Positions 1 through 11,402 of a stretch of 64,000 bases of DNA are shown here, piece by piece. The notes beneath the pieces were generated by a model, which saw only the letters and a list, made by a program, of their open reading frames with translations, was not told the origin of the DNA and did not search any database. Source of the DNA: Phoronis australis (taxonomy: Eukaryota > Animalia > Phoronida). The stretch covers positions 168,170 to 232,169 of the forward strand of contig NMRA01000490.1 of NCBI GenBank assembly GCA_002633005.1. The letters are read 5' to 3'. Numbering within the stretch: position 1 is the stretch's first letter; every line of letters begins with the position of its first letter. The position numbers and the translations under genes are program-made.

Positions 1-116
1 TGTTATGCAATACAAACCATGCTAAAAGCAAAGTAACTTTTCTTGGAAAGTTATTTTGGTTGAGAAATTTTAACAATTAGAAATTTCGCCAGTCTCCACC
101 ATATTGTGTCCCAATA
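1..116. mobile_element. Partial copy of a multi-copy MITE-like dispersed repeat (family A)
   Basis: Shares 'aaagttattttggttgagaa...aaatttc...ccatattgtgtccca' with 24812-25052 and, inverted, with 2501-2705 and 54683-54897. Confidence 0.55.
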
Positions 117-125
117 GTATTATTG

Positions 126-1400
126 CTATTGAGTGACATGAATGACTTTGATTCCAAGAATGTACGACTCTTTCACGTATAAACTGTGGAACTTGATCTC
201 ATAACGAAGGATAGATACATTACCAAAATCAATGACGTTCTGAGTAGCCTGGCTAACAAAGTGATGGCTGTCGTGTGTTGGTTTGTCCACAGCACTACTG
301 AAATGGGGCGTCATCAAGACAACCTAAAAGTCTGGGCACTCCTCAACACCAAACAGACACAAAATTACTGTGATCAAAGTAAAAAGTATACCTTCGTTCT
401 AAACACAATCCTGGGTAATAGCTACTCCCCAAATTTTCTATTTTCTATGGAACAAAAATTTATATTCGGTGTTCATATCTTGACTCAGGAGAGAAGGACT
501 TCATTTTTATCCTGTTTATTGACGATTCAAGCAACAAACTAAAAAGGCAAATTCAATTGTCCTGTAACAAATTTCCCATCAACAAGGTTGTTGGTGTTTA
601 TTAAACACCCCTAAATTGTCAACAAGACTGCCTCAACTTAAGTGTAAAACACTGTACTTTGACTGCAGTAATGTTTATCATCACCTTCATTTCTATAGTT
701 GTCCAATGGGGATGAAATACAAATGTCATACAATACTTTAATATCAAATTAACATTTAGATGTCTGCCCTTTTCCCATCACGTTAAATCGTTAAGTCCGC
801 TCTAGCAATGCATTGATGCTGCGAAGTTCACTTGAACTTTAAATTTCCCATTAGTTTCTGTAGCTAAGGGACATTATAATTATCCCAGCTGATGCTGTAG
901 TCATTGAAGTCACAATAAGGTTGTGTACCACGGTAGGACCTTCATTATTGTCACAGCAGTGACCCCTGCCAATAACATGGATGGACACTGAAGTTGAGTA
1001 ATCACATTGTTGAATTCACCAATTTACTGAGTAGTGAACTTCACCAGTTTTCTTCAACCAAAGACTCAATTTCTGAAAGTTGGCCCGTGGGTGGATATGT
1101 AGAAATGACCTTTGAAAAATGTCAAATGAAACCAAATATACACCTGGGTGTATTTTCAGAAAGGGGCATACTTTCAGAAACTGTGCCAAACATTTTATGA
1201 CGCTGTTTTTGTTAAGCATTAACTATGAAGTTTTATAAAAATAAACAAGTCCTTGTATCTTACTGGCAAGATTTTTCATATATAGGACATACTTATTTTT
1301 CATTCAGCAAACACCACAACCATTGGGTGTACTTTTGGTGAATGTTCCATCCATGGATGTACTGTGGGTGACAGTAGTTTTGAAAATTCCCAGTATTTAC
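126..1400 (-). mobile_element. Highly decayed Penelope-like retroelement (RT and GIY-YIG remnants)
   Basis: Minus-strand peptides occur in Penelope order: PKVH (~1335); NSV...LKIHPGVYLVSFDI (ORF 1016-1219, resembling the RT LVSFDV motif); SAV...VIDFGNVSILRYE...LYVKESYI (ORF 126-317, resembling the GIY-YIG C-terminus). Many stops and frameshifts; boundaries approximate. Confidence 0.5.
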
Positions 1401-1521
1401 TCTCATCTTAAAATGAATGCATTGACATTATTGGGCACATTTGCTGCCTTGTTTTCATGCCACTTGATTTTCAAATGTTATTTATTGTTGTCCGATTCTT
1501 TACAAGTTTTTCTCCACTGTG

Positions 1522-1699
1522 TGAGAAAGTTTGATAAACTGAATAAATACCCGTGGATGCATAATCTGAAATTCTTCGCCTTCCCGACATCAATGAGAGA
1601 CACACTGAAAAATGTGCCTGATTTCCAAAACATGATCATGTGCTTTCTTATCTCCGCGACAAAGGAGATTTCTATCGCTGCGTAATCCGGGACGACCCT
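1522..1699 (+). mobile_element. 5'-truncated copy of THAP-remnant TIR element (ISL2EU-like)
   Basis: Aligns with ~16660-16819. Ends in gtaatccgggacgaccct|at, the reverse complement of the left TIR at 16436. Encodes KFDKLNKYPWMHNLKFFAFP. Confidence 0.7.
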
Positions 1700-2500
1700 A
1701 TTAGGAAACTGGGGCCCACCTAAAATAATTTGTACCATTTTTGCTTTGTCAGGGACAAAACATTGTAAGCTGCCAAAACCAAAAGCGCCGTACAACCATG
1801 CACAGAAATTCTCTATGGTAAAATCTCACCAACACACAATATGGTGGACAAGTCAAATTTTATGTTTTCATTTTTTTAATAAAAGATACGAAGCACTAAA
1901 TAGATGCTATAAATGTCTATGCCAAAGCTAACTTCAGACAATGTTTCCAGCAACTGTGAACTTTCAAAACAATATTAGAAGTGTTTGAAAAATGAAACAA
2001 GACCAATTTTGGCAATTATCTTTGTCCGAAATTGGTGAAATTTTACCATGTAAGGCAATTTAAACAAAACTGAATTAGAAATCAACCCGTTAATGTTTTG
2101 CTCCCCTAGTCCCCAAATCAAGCAAGAAGTCAGAAAAACATGATCGAAAAGAGATGCAACTTTCTAAACTAATTTTCATGAAATTGGCAATTGTTGAAAA
2201 CAATTTGAACACTCAAATAGGAAGCTGCGACAAACACCTTCTGATGCTAGCTGGCATCATGTGATGACAAGTTCAGGGACAGATGATATGGATAATGACA
2301 GGCTATCAATTACTCTTGCACAAAAATATACCAGTATTATCTTGCACAAGCAAGACTGTTTGACTGATTTGAGTTGAAGCATCCAAGTCATTAAATCTTT
2401 GAATATAATTGTGTTGTTATAAATCATGATGTCAAATAAATAACAATTACTGGCATTCCTAGGTCATTGATGTTAGTCTCATCAGGTGACATATGTATAC

Positions 2501-2705
2501 TACAGTAAAAATTTGTCAGTTTGGGACACAGATTTCTCAACAAAAACAATTTCAGAAAAATTTACTTTTCTTTGGCCATTGTTTTATATGACGTAGCTAT
2601 TACCAAAACATTTGACAAAATTTTAAGCCTTTGCAAGAATGTGGTAAGCATCTTTTGTCACAAATTGAAAAATTTTCACCGCAAGTTTGAAAAGGTGTCC
2701 GTCCC
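2501..2705. mobile_element. MITE-like dispersed repeat, family A
   Basis: Starts tacagtaaaaattt...tttgggacac; body is the reverse complement of 24870-24995. Confidence 0.55.
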
Positions 2706-5636
2706 ATTCCTTTGAATGACTGAGAGCTACGGGCACAAACAATCCTAACTAGACTGAACAAGAAGAAAGGACTCAATTACGTATATCTTATCCTATTCTG
2801 AGTTTTGCAAACAATTTGACAAATGTATCATCTCAGGTGAAGCAGGTGCAGTTAGGGTGTTAATTGCTTCTTTTTAGGCCGGTTACAGTGGACAAGGACT
2901 TGCGCAGCAAATGCTTTGTAGAATTTCTGCTAAGTCTCGTGGATAATAACCGTTTCATTAGAAAATGACATTTGACACCCCACAAGCAGTACATTAAGCA
3001 AAAGTAATCGGACAAAATATTGTTTTCCTTGTCAAAATGGCTTTGGCGCAGCACACATCATGGGGAACTTAGTGTCATTTTGTTTGAATATTTGTTGACT
3101 TGCACTGAACCTGACTGACTCTGAGTCTTTAAGTGCTAGAAGTGCTCAACATTTGCTCAAAATTGACACACTTTAGTTGGTGATGTAAAACAATTCTTGT
3201 ACATATCTTTATATACCACCAAAGAAACACATAAGTTGCTTCTGGTGTTTACACATAAATTTTGAGACCTGCTCTCACCAACTAAAAAATGTAGGCACCA
3301 ATCATTTTCAGCCAAGAGGTCTCGTGTTTTTTGAAAACCTGCACAAAGGCACGTAAGCAAGGCTTGAAATACCATCATTTGCCAAGCAATGAGTAGAGAA
3401 AAACAAATTCTACATCATTTTGCTCGTCTCAGGAGCAAACCAGAAGCAACTATGCTTTTTTAGGCATAATGGTCATAGGTTTAAGCAACTGTCCATACAA
3501 TATTTTTGACAAAAGTAATGGGCAAAATTGACATTTATTCATTGTCTCAGAGGCTTTACTTGAAAAATTGTGAATGCTGAAAATGTCTCAATACATTGAC
3601 TGATAGTAAATTTCTATTCAAAAAAGTCGACGAATGTCATCGAAAAGTGTCTGACAGCATTGTGCACAACACAATATGCTTGTTTCCCAAGATTTATGAG
3701 CATGCTTCTATATCAGATGGTGATACTGGAAATTTCATGGTTTTAGCCCCAAAGGGGAATGTTACTTAATGTAAACTTGAGTGTGACATGTGAACTTACT
3801 CAGCACCAGTGTGTCATGTCCACTTGTTCCTTATCTGCACTTCTTTGACATCCTGCAGCAAAGTAGAGAACACAGTGTGCTCAAATACTGAGTTGTCACA
3901 ACTGGTACAAATGCATTACACCTCTGACCCTTCTTTATTGTACCTTCAAGGAGCAGAAATATTTGATGAGTTTTCACACCTAACAGTCAACGGAGGATGA
4001 CTAATGCTGATTGGTTGTCCCGATTCTACGTAGTATTATCAATGAATAAATGCTCGAAATTCAAGATAAACTAATTAACATATCATCATAGTGTGTGCTG
4101 GTGTTCTAATTTGACAGGTGCTCGACTGTTGGGGCCCCTCCCCCCGGGTGTTTGATATGAATTTGGCAATTTTAAGCACTTGAAGATTATAGACTACCAT
4201 CATTGCCTAGGATCAAAAGTAAAGGTAATCTCAAACCTTATAAAATGACCTCATACATCAAAACACCAGCCTATGTCAACTAGTATATAGTTTCTGAAAT
4301 CAAAAAGATTGGTCATTATGTAGACATATTTATATTCAATATTTTCTTACCACCATTTTTAAATCAAAATTTAATTAGAAAAATCACACCTCAGTTGATT
4401 TTAATAAAACCCTTTTTAAATGAAAACGTCACAATTTGCCTCAAAAACACTTCTAGAAATTTTCGATTACTTCATTTAGTTTGGTTTCTATGTCAAATTA
4501 ACTTGCAAAAACGTAACTAAAGGTATTTTTGTAAGAAAATAGCTGCATTTGTACTTGTTTGTCAAATAATATGCGAAAACTATGTATCAAAAACAAAAAA
4601 TAACAGTATTTTTCAAACTGACAAATAAATAGCAAAATTCAAAAGTTTCAGAGAAATCCACCAATTTATATTCGAGAACTCGCATCCCTAAGTTCGAATA
4701 AAGTCTACTTGCCGAAGCTCACCTTTTTTGAAAAGTAAAATATCAAATTTCCCTCGTTGGTCACATTGTGTCCTAATTGGCAAAATTTTATTGTAAGTTG
4801 ATTTTGACAAGAAAGGCAACGCCTTTGTAGCTGCTAGACGCTGAACTGGCCGTAATAATAATGTAGTGCTATTAGCCAATTGACTTTGGACAATCAAGAA
4901 TAGGGGAGCATATCATTAAAATGCAATCAGAAATATGTACAAGCTACTCACTGTACTTACAACTCATTTATGTTTTATTACTTTTTCCAGAGCATATGAC
5001 AGTAATACAAACTTTGACAAGGAGATCGAGTTGGGGCATAGCGTCTGGGCAGCTGTTAGGAAAAAAAACAGCCAAAGACTGCAGTTAGACAAGGCTTGGA
5101 GAATGCTTTCAAGCCCGCAAGTCATCTAGATGGGCGATACACTAACTGCCTGTGGCGACAGGCCAATAATCTCATGCAATTAGATCCAGAAATTGTGTTA
5201 CTGAAAGCCTGATGACAGTTGCCCTGTATCCTTGGAAATTATGATGGTAGCCTGGTTTGACTGACATGGTCACCTATAAAACATAAACAGGCACAAACAG
5301 TTGACGGACTTGGTGTTGAATTGGAAAGAACAGGGAGCATCTGAACATCAGGAAAGTTAATATTGTGAAAGGGGAGACTCAGAGAAAGCAACAGGTGAGT
5401 CGTGTGATGAGGCTGAGTGCGGTTTTCACAAACGGTGCATTATGCACAAAGTGTTCAATATGTGATGGCAGGGTAAAGTATTGTAGATGCAAAAATCTTG
5501 CTATGGAAGTGTGATACATGACCAAATCTTGTGAAGTCTTGCATGTTGTTGTAATTTTGTGAGATTCAGTTTAGTGGCAACACATGCTAACTTCAATAAT
5601 TTGTCCATAATCACCAAGGCAGATGCATGAAAAGTA

Positions 5637-7045
5637 CCACATTCACCCTAATAAACGCCCAGGGCGCTTAGAAAAATTCGCTTCAGGAAGCGGGGCGCTT
5701 ATTATAGCCCAAAATGGTTGAAACCCTGTATCTGAAACAGGTGAAATCGTAAGCTAGAAGTCATCAAATTTACGCTGTGATGCATCTGTAACCTATGACA
5801 GTTTCTACAAAATTGCAGTGCATTGCTATCGAACTTTGTTAAATTACGAGCATTTTTCAGAAAATCCCTGTGCGAAAACTCGCCGACTGATGGGTCACTG
5901 CCTCGCGATCGCCGTTAGGTCAACTTCAATTCTTGAGTAAAAATATAGTTTTCATTCAACAAATTACCTGAAGTCCTCCTTAAGTTTTCAAAATGGCGTC
6001 CCTAAGATTTTTAAGTTCCTGTGGAATCGGGACTAACTGCATATTAAGTCCAAATATGCGCTAGAATGTACCCCGCAACACGAGAAAAATCTTTGGAACA
6101 ACACACATGTTGTTGTCACGTGACATTTGTTTTGAAGTTCGTCTGCGTATTGTGTGAGTGAGCGAGTGCGTGCGTGTCATCAGAGTTCATTTGCCAGAGT
6201 AAACGTGATGCAACGATTGAGGTGTACAGCTGAAGAAAATAGCACAAGCAGTAAAGCAGAACGTGGAAATAGCACTTTTTGATCTTATCTGCTAAAAACG
6301 TTCCGAGAATTGTCTCGGTAAGGCTGATATTGAGTCAATGGGTGACTTGATGGGTGACAGTCTGTTATTTTTCGAGAGATTCGGGGGTGTAAGGGTGCGG
6401 AAGTGCTCACAATCAGTGGGTCATTTTGACTTTAAAAACACCAATTACGATTAACTTTCGGAAATATCCCTTGCCAATGCTATGCTACCCGTTTCATGAA
6501 TAGATAGTTTCCAAAGACTAATCTTCGATGACAGGTACTTGTATGTAGCGTGCTCTTCCTGGCCACGTGCTTTAAACAAAGGTCACGTTTTTATTAGTCT
6601 TCAATTTGCATTTTTCACGTATACAAAGAAATTTGGATTCCTGTTGAGGGAGATCTGTACGGGAAAGATACAATACAATCCCTTTGACCAGTACGCTGCA
6701 TCTGTTCTGAAAGGCCAGACCATAATAGGAAACGTCCCTCGCAAGATCAGCAAAACTTTTGCGTTCTTTTTGAAGCACGGTGGAAGTTTGAAGTGTATAG
6801 TCACGGCTAAATACCAACATAGCGGCGAGGCTCCTGGTCTACAAATTCCGCACACAATGATGTTTTCAAGACTGTCGGATCTTATTGATAAGTTGAAGGC
6901 ATTACTGTAGAATTTTAGAGCTGTAGGTAAAGCATTTTTAGCATGTACAGGGCGTTCATGGACTGGGCGCTTATTTTAGCAATTAAGTCTGAAAGCACGT
7001 GGTGGGCGCTTATAGGGGCATTGGCGCTTATTAGGGTGAATACGG
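5637..7045 (+). mobile_element. Non-autonomous Tc2/pogo-like (Tc1/mariner superfamily) DNA transposon carrying a HIRAN pseudogene, copy 1
   Basis: Left end ta|ccacattcaccctaataaacgcc; right end ggcgcttattagggtgaatacgg|tt (imperfect ~23-bp TIR, right TA not intact). GGGCGCTTA subterminal motifs repeat at both ends. Colinear over its full length with 47591-49003. Confidence 0.85.
6586..6910 (+). pseudogene. Stand-alone HIRAN-domain gene, frameshifted
   Basis: One frame reads FY*SSICIFHVYKEIWIPVEGDL (6589-6657). A second frame then reads YNPFDQYAASVLKGQTIIGNVPRKISKTFAFFLKHGGSLKCIVTAKYQHSGEAPGLQIP...IDKLKALL*. This matches the HIRAN pattern from memory: G[YF]H.Y...W.P..GE.L...RE..N..D..AV.V.....VGHVP..IS.....FL..GG...C.VTG...GLEIPC. 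Confidence 0.75.
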
Positions 7046-7695
7046 TTATAGGTTTACACTAAGCTCAGGGGTTGCTACAGGGACACAAACTAAATAAAAT
7101 GCCTTCTCATGTAAGTAGCAGAAACGAGAGCAGCCTGAACAGTCACATTAAGGGTTAATTGTGTAGGCACTTTAATGGCGGTTTGACCCTTAAGTCTTTG
7201 CCAACACTATCCACATGCACAGGGTAAAGAGACATTTGTTTATCAATGCATCAGTGAGTGTGTCAGTTTTCCTTTCAAAGTGATTGGGGTGGTGAGAGAA
7301 CGAACTAAGTGCAGGCGAACAGCATGTTTGTCCATCATCATGCCAAAATGCTAGGGTTTCCACCACTGATATTGGCTTCATGAGTGTCGAGAATGTTAGC
7401 AGTTTTTAGTGGTGAAAGTGAAGGCATTTTAGCCAGAAAGATGCGCCGTCATTAGAGGGGGCCATTTGGGATCCTCACAACCCAAATCTCTTTACAGTGA
7501 AATGCGAAAATCGGTAACTCACTGCATTGAATTAGGAGCAAAAAACGACCTCTACTCTGTGCACACATTTTGGGTTTGAGGGGTAACTATAGTCCACATG
7601 GTGGATTACAGTTTTGAGAACAGTAGTTGTAAATCACAAGTGTCTTTCTTATACAATTGGCCTTTTGAAATTGACATGCAAGGTCAGTGAAAGTA

Positions 7696-7967
7696 TGGTA
7701 AAAATTCTCCAATTTGGGACAGTGAAGGTCGGAGTTAGCCCCAAATTCTAGAAATAGTCAATATTGGCCGTCCCAAATTCAAGAACCACCAGTAAGACAG
7801 CAAATTACCCACTCTCTAGATTGAAACATACCCTCCGAAATTTGGAAGATATGGTGAACACCAAAAGCGCCCTTGTCCCAAATTCCAGAATCAAGTAAAT
7901 TCAATTTTTGCAGGACTTTCTATGTCCCAAATTCTAGAGACTGTCCCAAATTGGGGAACTTTTATGG
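7696..7967. mobile_element. MITE with TIRs and internal GTCCCAAATT repeats
   Basis: Left end aaaaattctccaatttgggacagt; right end actgtcccaaattggggaactttt. GTCCCAAATT recurs at ~7769, 7875, 7924 and 7943. Confidence 0.6.
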
Positions 7968-8434
7968 AGGTCTTTGTAAACACTGTCCTTAGTGATCCAA
8001 CTGTCCCAGCTGGACTGCTTGAGTAAACATAGCTTTATCAAAGAGTTTAAGGTCCTGGATGAGATATTTATTTTATTACCCCGTATATATTTTGAATAGT
8101 CAAACCCAGAATGCATGTGTTCTTTGAAGTAAGCGGTCTCGTTTAGAGAGTGCCATTCAAGACGTTGGTAGGTTTGGAGTAATTCAAAGCAACAGCAAAA
8201 TGCCAACAAAAGGGATACTTGTGATGTTTTTGTAACCAGCAAAATTGTTGTGTTCAAAACAGCCAGTTCAGGAGTATGGGAATAACCAACAAAAACTGTT
8301 AGGGAACCATTCATGTGAACTCAGTGTTAATCACGCACTTGTGGAATCAATTAGGATCTCATATTATGCAAGAATCCCATATATACAATTGTGAATATGA
8401 CGAAATGTATGTGTATAATTGCATATAGATTTCT

Positions 8435-8487
8435 TTGTATTGTATTGTATTGTATTGTATTGTACTGTATTGTATTGCATTGTACTG
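8435..8487. repeat. (TATTG)n pentanucleotide microsatellite
   Basis: About 10 units of ttgta with a few variants. Confidence 0.95.
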
Positions 8488-11182
8488 TTTAGCCACAATG
8501 CCTCTTGACACTGTCTGGTTCTGTATATCTTTGTATTTACTATTTCATAATAAACATAAAAAATGCAACAAATCACAATGCAGGCCTGGTATGCAGGTAT
8601 CTCATCAGATGCTTGCACCATTGTAGGTCAGAGCAAACAGACTGGACGTATGCCAGCTCTCAGCAAAAAAGAATTCAAACAACGCAATCCCATCATACCG
8701 TAACGATTGGTACATTGTGTGACTTGTGAAACGTCCCTTATGACCGGGAAACCCGCCGTCCAACCATGGAGAGCTCCGTCGGATAATGCTGTTCATGTCG
8801 TCCACCTTAAATATGGCAAGGGTATCAGAAAGGTAAGGTGTCTTGTCGCAAGTTTTATGAATGTCAGCTATGCAGTCAGAAGAATAAGACAAAAATAAAA
8901 AATGAGAAACTGCTTTGATTAGTGGTAGATCACACTGAAGACCAGTGTAATTGCTCATTAACTGTTAAATTTAATTCGGGGTGATCTGATGAAAAATATT
9001 TACCCCAAACCAGCGCACTCTGGTAGCTGCACTAGTTATCACATGGGGAATTTTAACAAATGTTTTCCCTCTACTATGGCATTTTGCACACACTACTGGA
9101 ACGTTTCAGTGCAAGATTCGCCAACCTCCGATTAGCCATGGTTTATTGAACACCCAGCATCAGAAAGCCATGGACTGTTGTTAGGCTATGATCCTCTTTA
9201 GCTGGACAGGGCACTTCATTTGGTATCTCCTGAAATGAATACTACCGTAAAATCTCTTCAATTTCAGATAAAACAATTCTCAAATTTTGTACTTTTTCAT
9301 TTTCAAAAGGCTTGTAACGCTGTTGTGAATGCTCATGACAAGAATCCCATGTTGACACCCAAACCCGTCGAGATTGGGCATCTCGACCGGTTTGCCTACC
9401 TCCTGAATTACCGGTTGGGATCAAACACCTCATAGGGTTGTGGTTCATTAAATTCCCTGAAGCTGCTCAGACTTTATCATTCTTAGGTAATCAGAGCCAC
9501 CACTGGGGACAACAAATTTTTTTTTTTTAATTTTCAATTTGAAAGTTTTTATATAACATAATTGAATTGTTCATGAAAAGAAGACGTTTGTTTGGTTTTT
9601 GAATTTTTAAAATCGGACAAGATATTTGAGTTTTAGTCTGTGAATGTTAACCGAATGTTGCCTAGAGCTCACAAGTAGTCCAGCCAGTATTCTGTGCCTC
9701 ATTAACTCCTGGGGTGTGCAACATAATGGGCCAATTACCAAATCTGCAGGGAGCGTTGGATTTTGAGCTAGGCCAAGTGTCATCGTACAATTCTTGTCTT
9801 GTTATAGATTTTCTATAACATTGTGTGGCAGTAGCTTTGGCATTAAGAATTTTAAAGTTAAATAAAGCATTCGTTTGGTATTATTTCTGTTTTATGAGAT
9901 AAAAAAAGAAATTCCCTTGTTTGCCACATTGTGTATTAAATTAATAAGACTTTCCGGTAGTATCAGTTTCATGATGGGTCAGTAAGGAAAACATACAAAT
10001 TAGTTAGAGCTTAGGTGCGCATATTGCTTTTGTGTGTGAAATGTGACCCTTCCTAAGTAAAATGTAGTGCTTTTGAGAATCCCTCCATTTGTCTTGGCAA
10101 TGATATGATATTTAACATATGACTTAAGGAAGTCACCTGCTTGTGCCAAATATTTCTATATTAATAAACTGCAGTACAATGAGGAGTGGTGGACAGATGA
10201 ATGACAGAGAGTGAGTGCATACAGTGTTTATGTGGACATGCGTATCAGCTTACATGTGGACCTGTTCATCAGCAATTATGAACTCAATTAAATGTGAAAT
10301 TAAATTTTGGATCAATATGGGCTTGAGGGTGAGCTGGTGGACTTAATCAGAATACTAGCAACGAATTTATCCAGTAACAATTAGAAATGGAAATGTTGAA
10401 ATACTGTAATCTCAAAAAGCTTTGGTACCATAGTTATGACCAGGTGTGGCAACACCTGGCAAAGCAAAAAAGGCGAAATTTAACCAAACTTCAATTTGAC
10501 GTAAGGTTATTTTTCATGGTAAAAGCAAATTATGGGCATCAATTTACATTTATGTACGGACCAAATTCATCCAGTTGCTAAAACACCTAAGTTATAAAAA
10601 ATAAAATATCTAATTAACCAGAGTCTAACATTAAGTAGTCTTTACTGTACTAATCCAGGTAAATTCATCTTAAGATCCATTATCTTAAACACTCGGAGAC
10701 TCTAACCCACAGAAGATTGACAATGTGTTTCTGAAGCTACTGCATGAAAATGATTGACAACCAACTCTAGCAGGAACTGCTCTTAAAATTAAAAAGTAAA
10801 AAATCACCATCTATGACTTTATAGTTTCAGACATATATTTCATGACTTCATAGTCTTATCTGAGTGTGCTAGTCTCAACAAAAACAACATTTTAAAACTG
10901 TAGGCAAATCTAAAACAAAAACATGTTTTCTGTGAAAAAACTATTCCTGCTCTGGTTAAGTTAAATTAAATTACCAGGAATTTGTTTAATTTGCAAAAAT
11001 TGTGAGTTGTTGTTATAACTAGCTATAGATAATTAAGATAATCATGTTTGTTGATTGTGGAATATAGAAGTAAATCTTTCTACTATACCCTGTCAGACTG
11101 TCTCAGTGGTGCCTGTATCACACAATCATGGCATACAAAATTGAGGGACAAAAAGCATTCACGTGTTGAAAATACTAAAGTA

Positions 11183-11402
11183 AGTGAAAATCCCTTTTGG
11201 AACCAAATAATTGTACCTTGATATCGTAAGTGTACAGCCGTTTCGTCGGAATATCACAGACTTGATTCACCACCGGGCGGGCCCTCTGTCGTTGTAGAAT
11301 AAAGCTGTAAAAACAGGATTCCCTAAGGTCAGGAGGAATCCCGTACACTGTACACTTACCACATCAAAGTACGGTTCTTTGGTTCCAAAAGGGATCTTCA
11401 CT
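11183..11402. mobile_element. 220-bp MITE with ~55-bp TIRs and TA flanks
   Basis: Left arm ta|agtgaaaatcccttttggaaccaaataattgtaccttgatatcgtaagtgtacag. The reverse complement of the right arm is ta|agtgaagatcccttttggaaccaaagaaccgtactttgatgtggtaagtgtacag. Confidence 0.85.

Noticed and set aside
8364-8626. ORFs with YCIVL / QYNT repeats
   Set aside because: These are translations of the (TATTG)n microsatellite.
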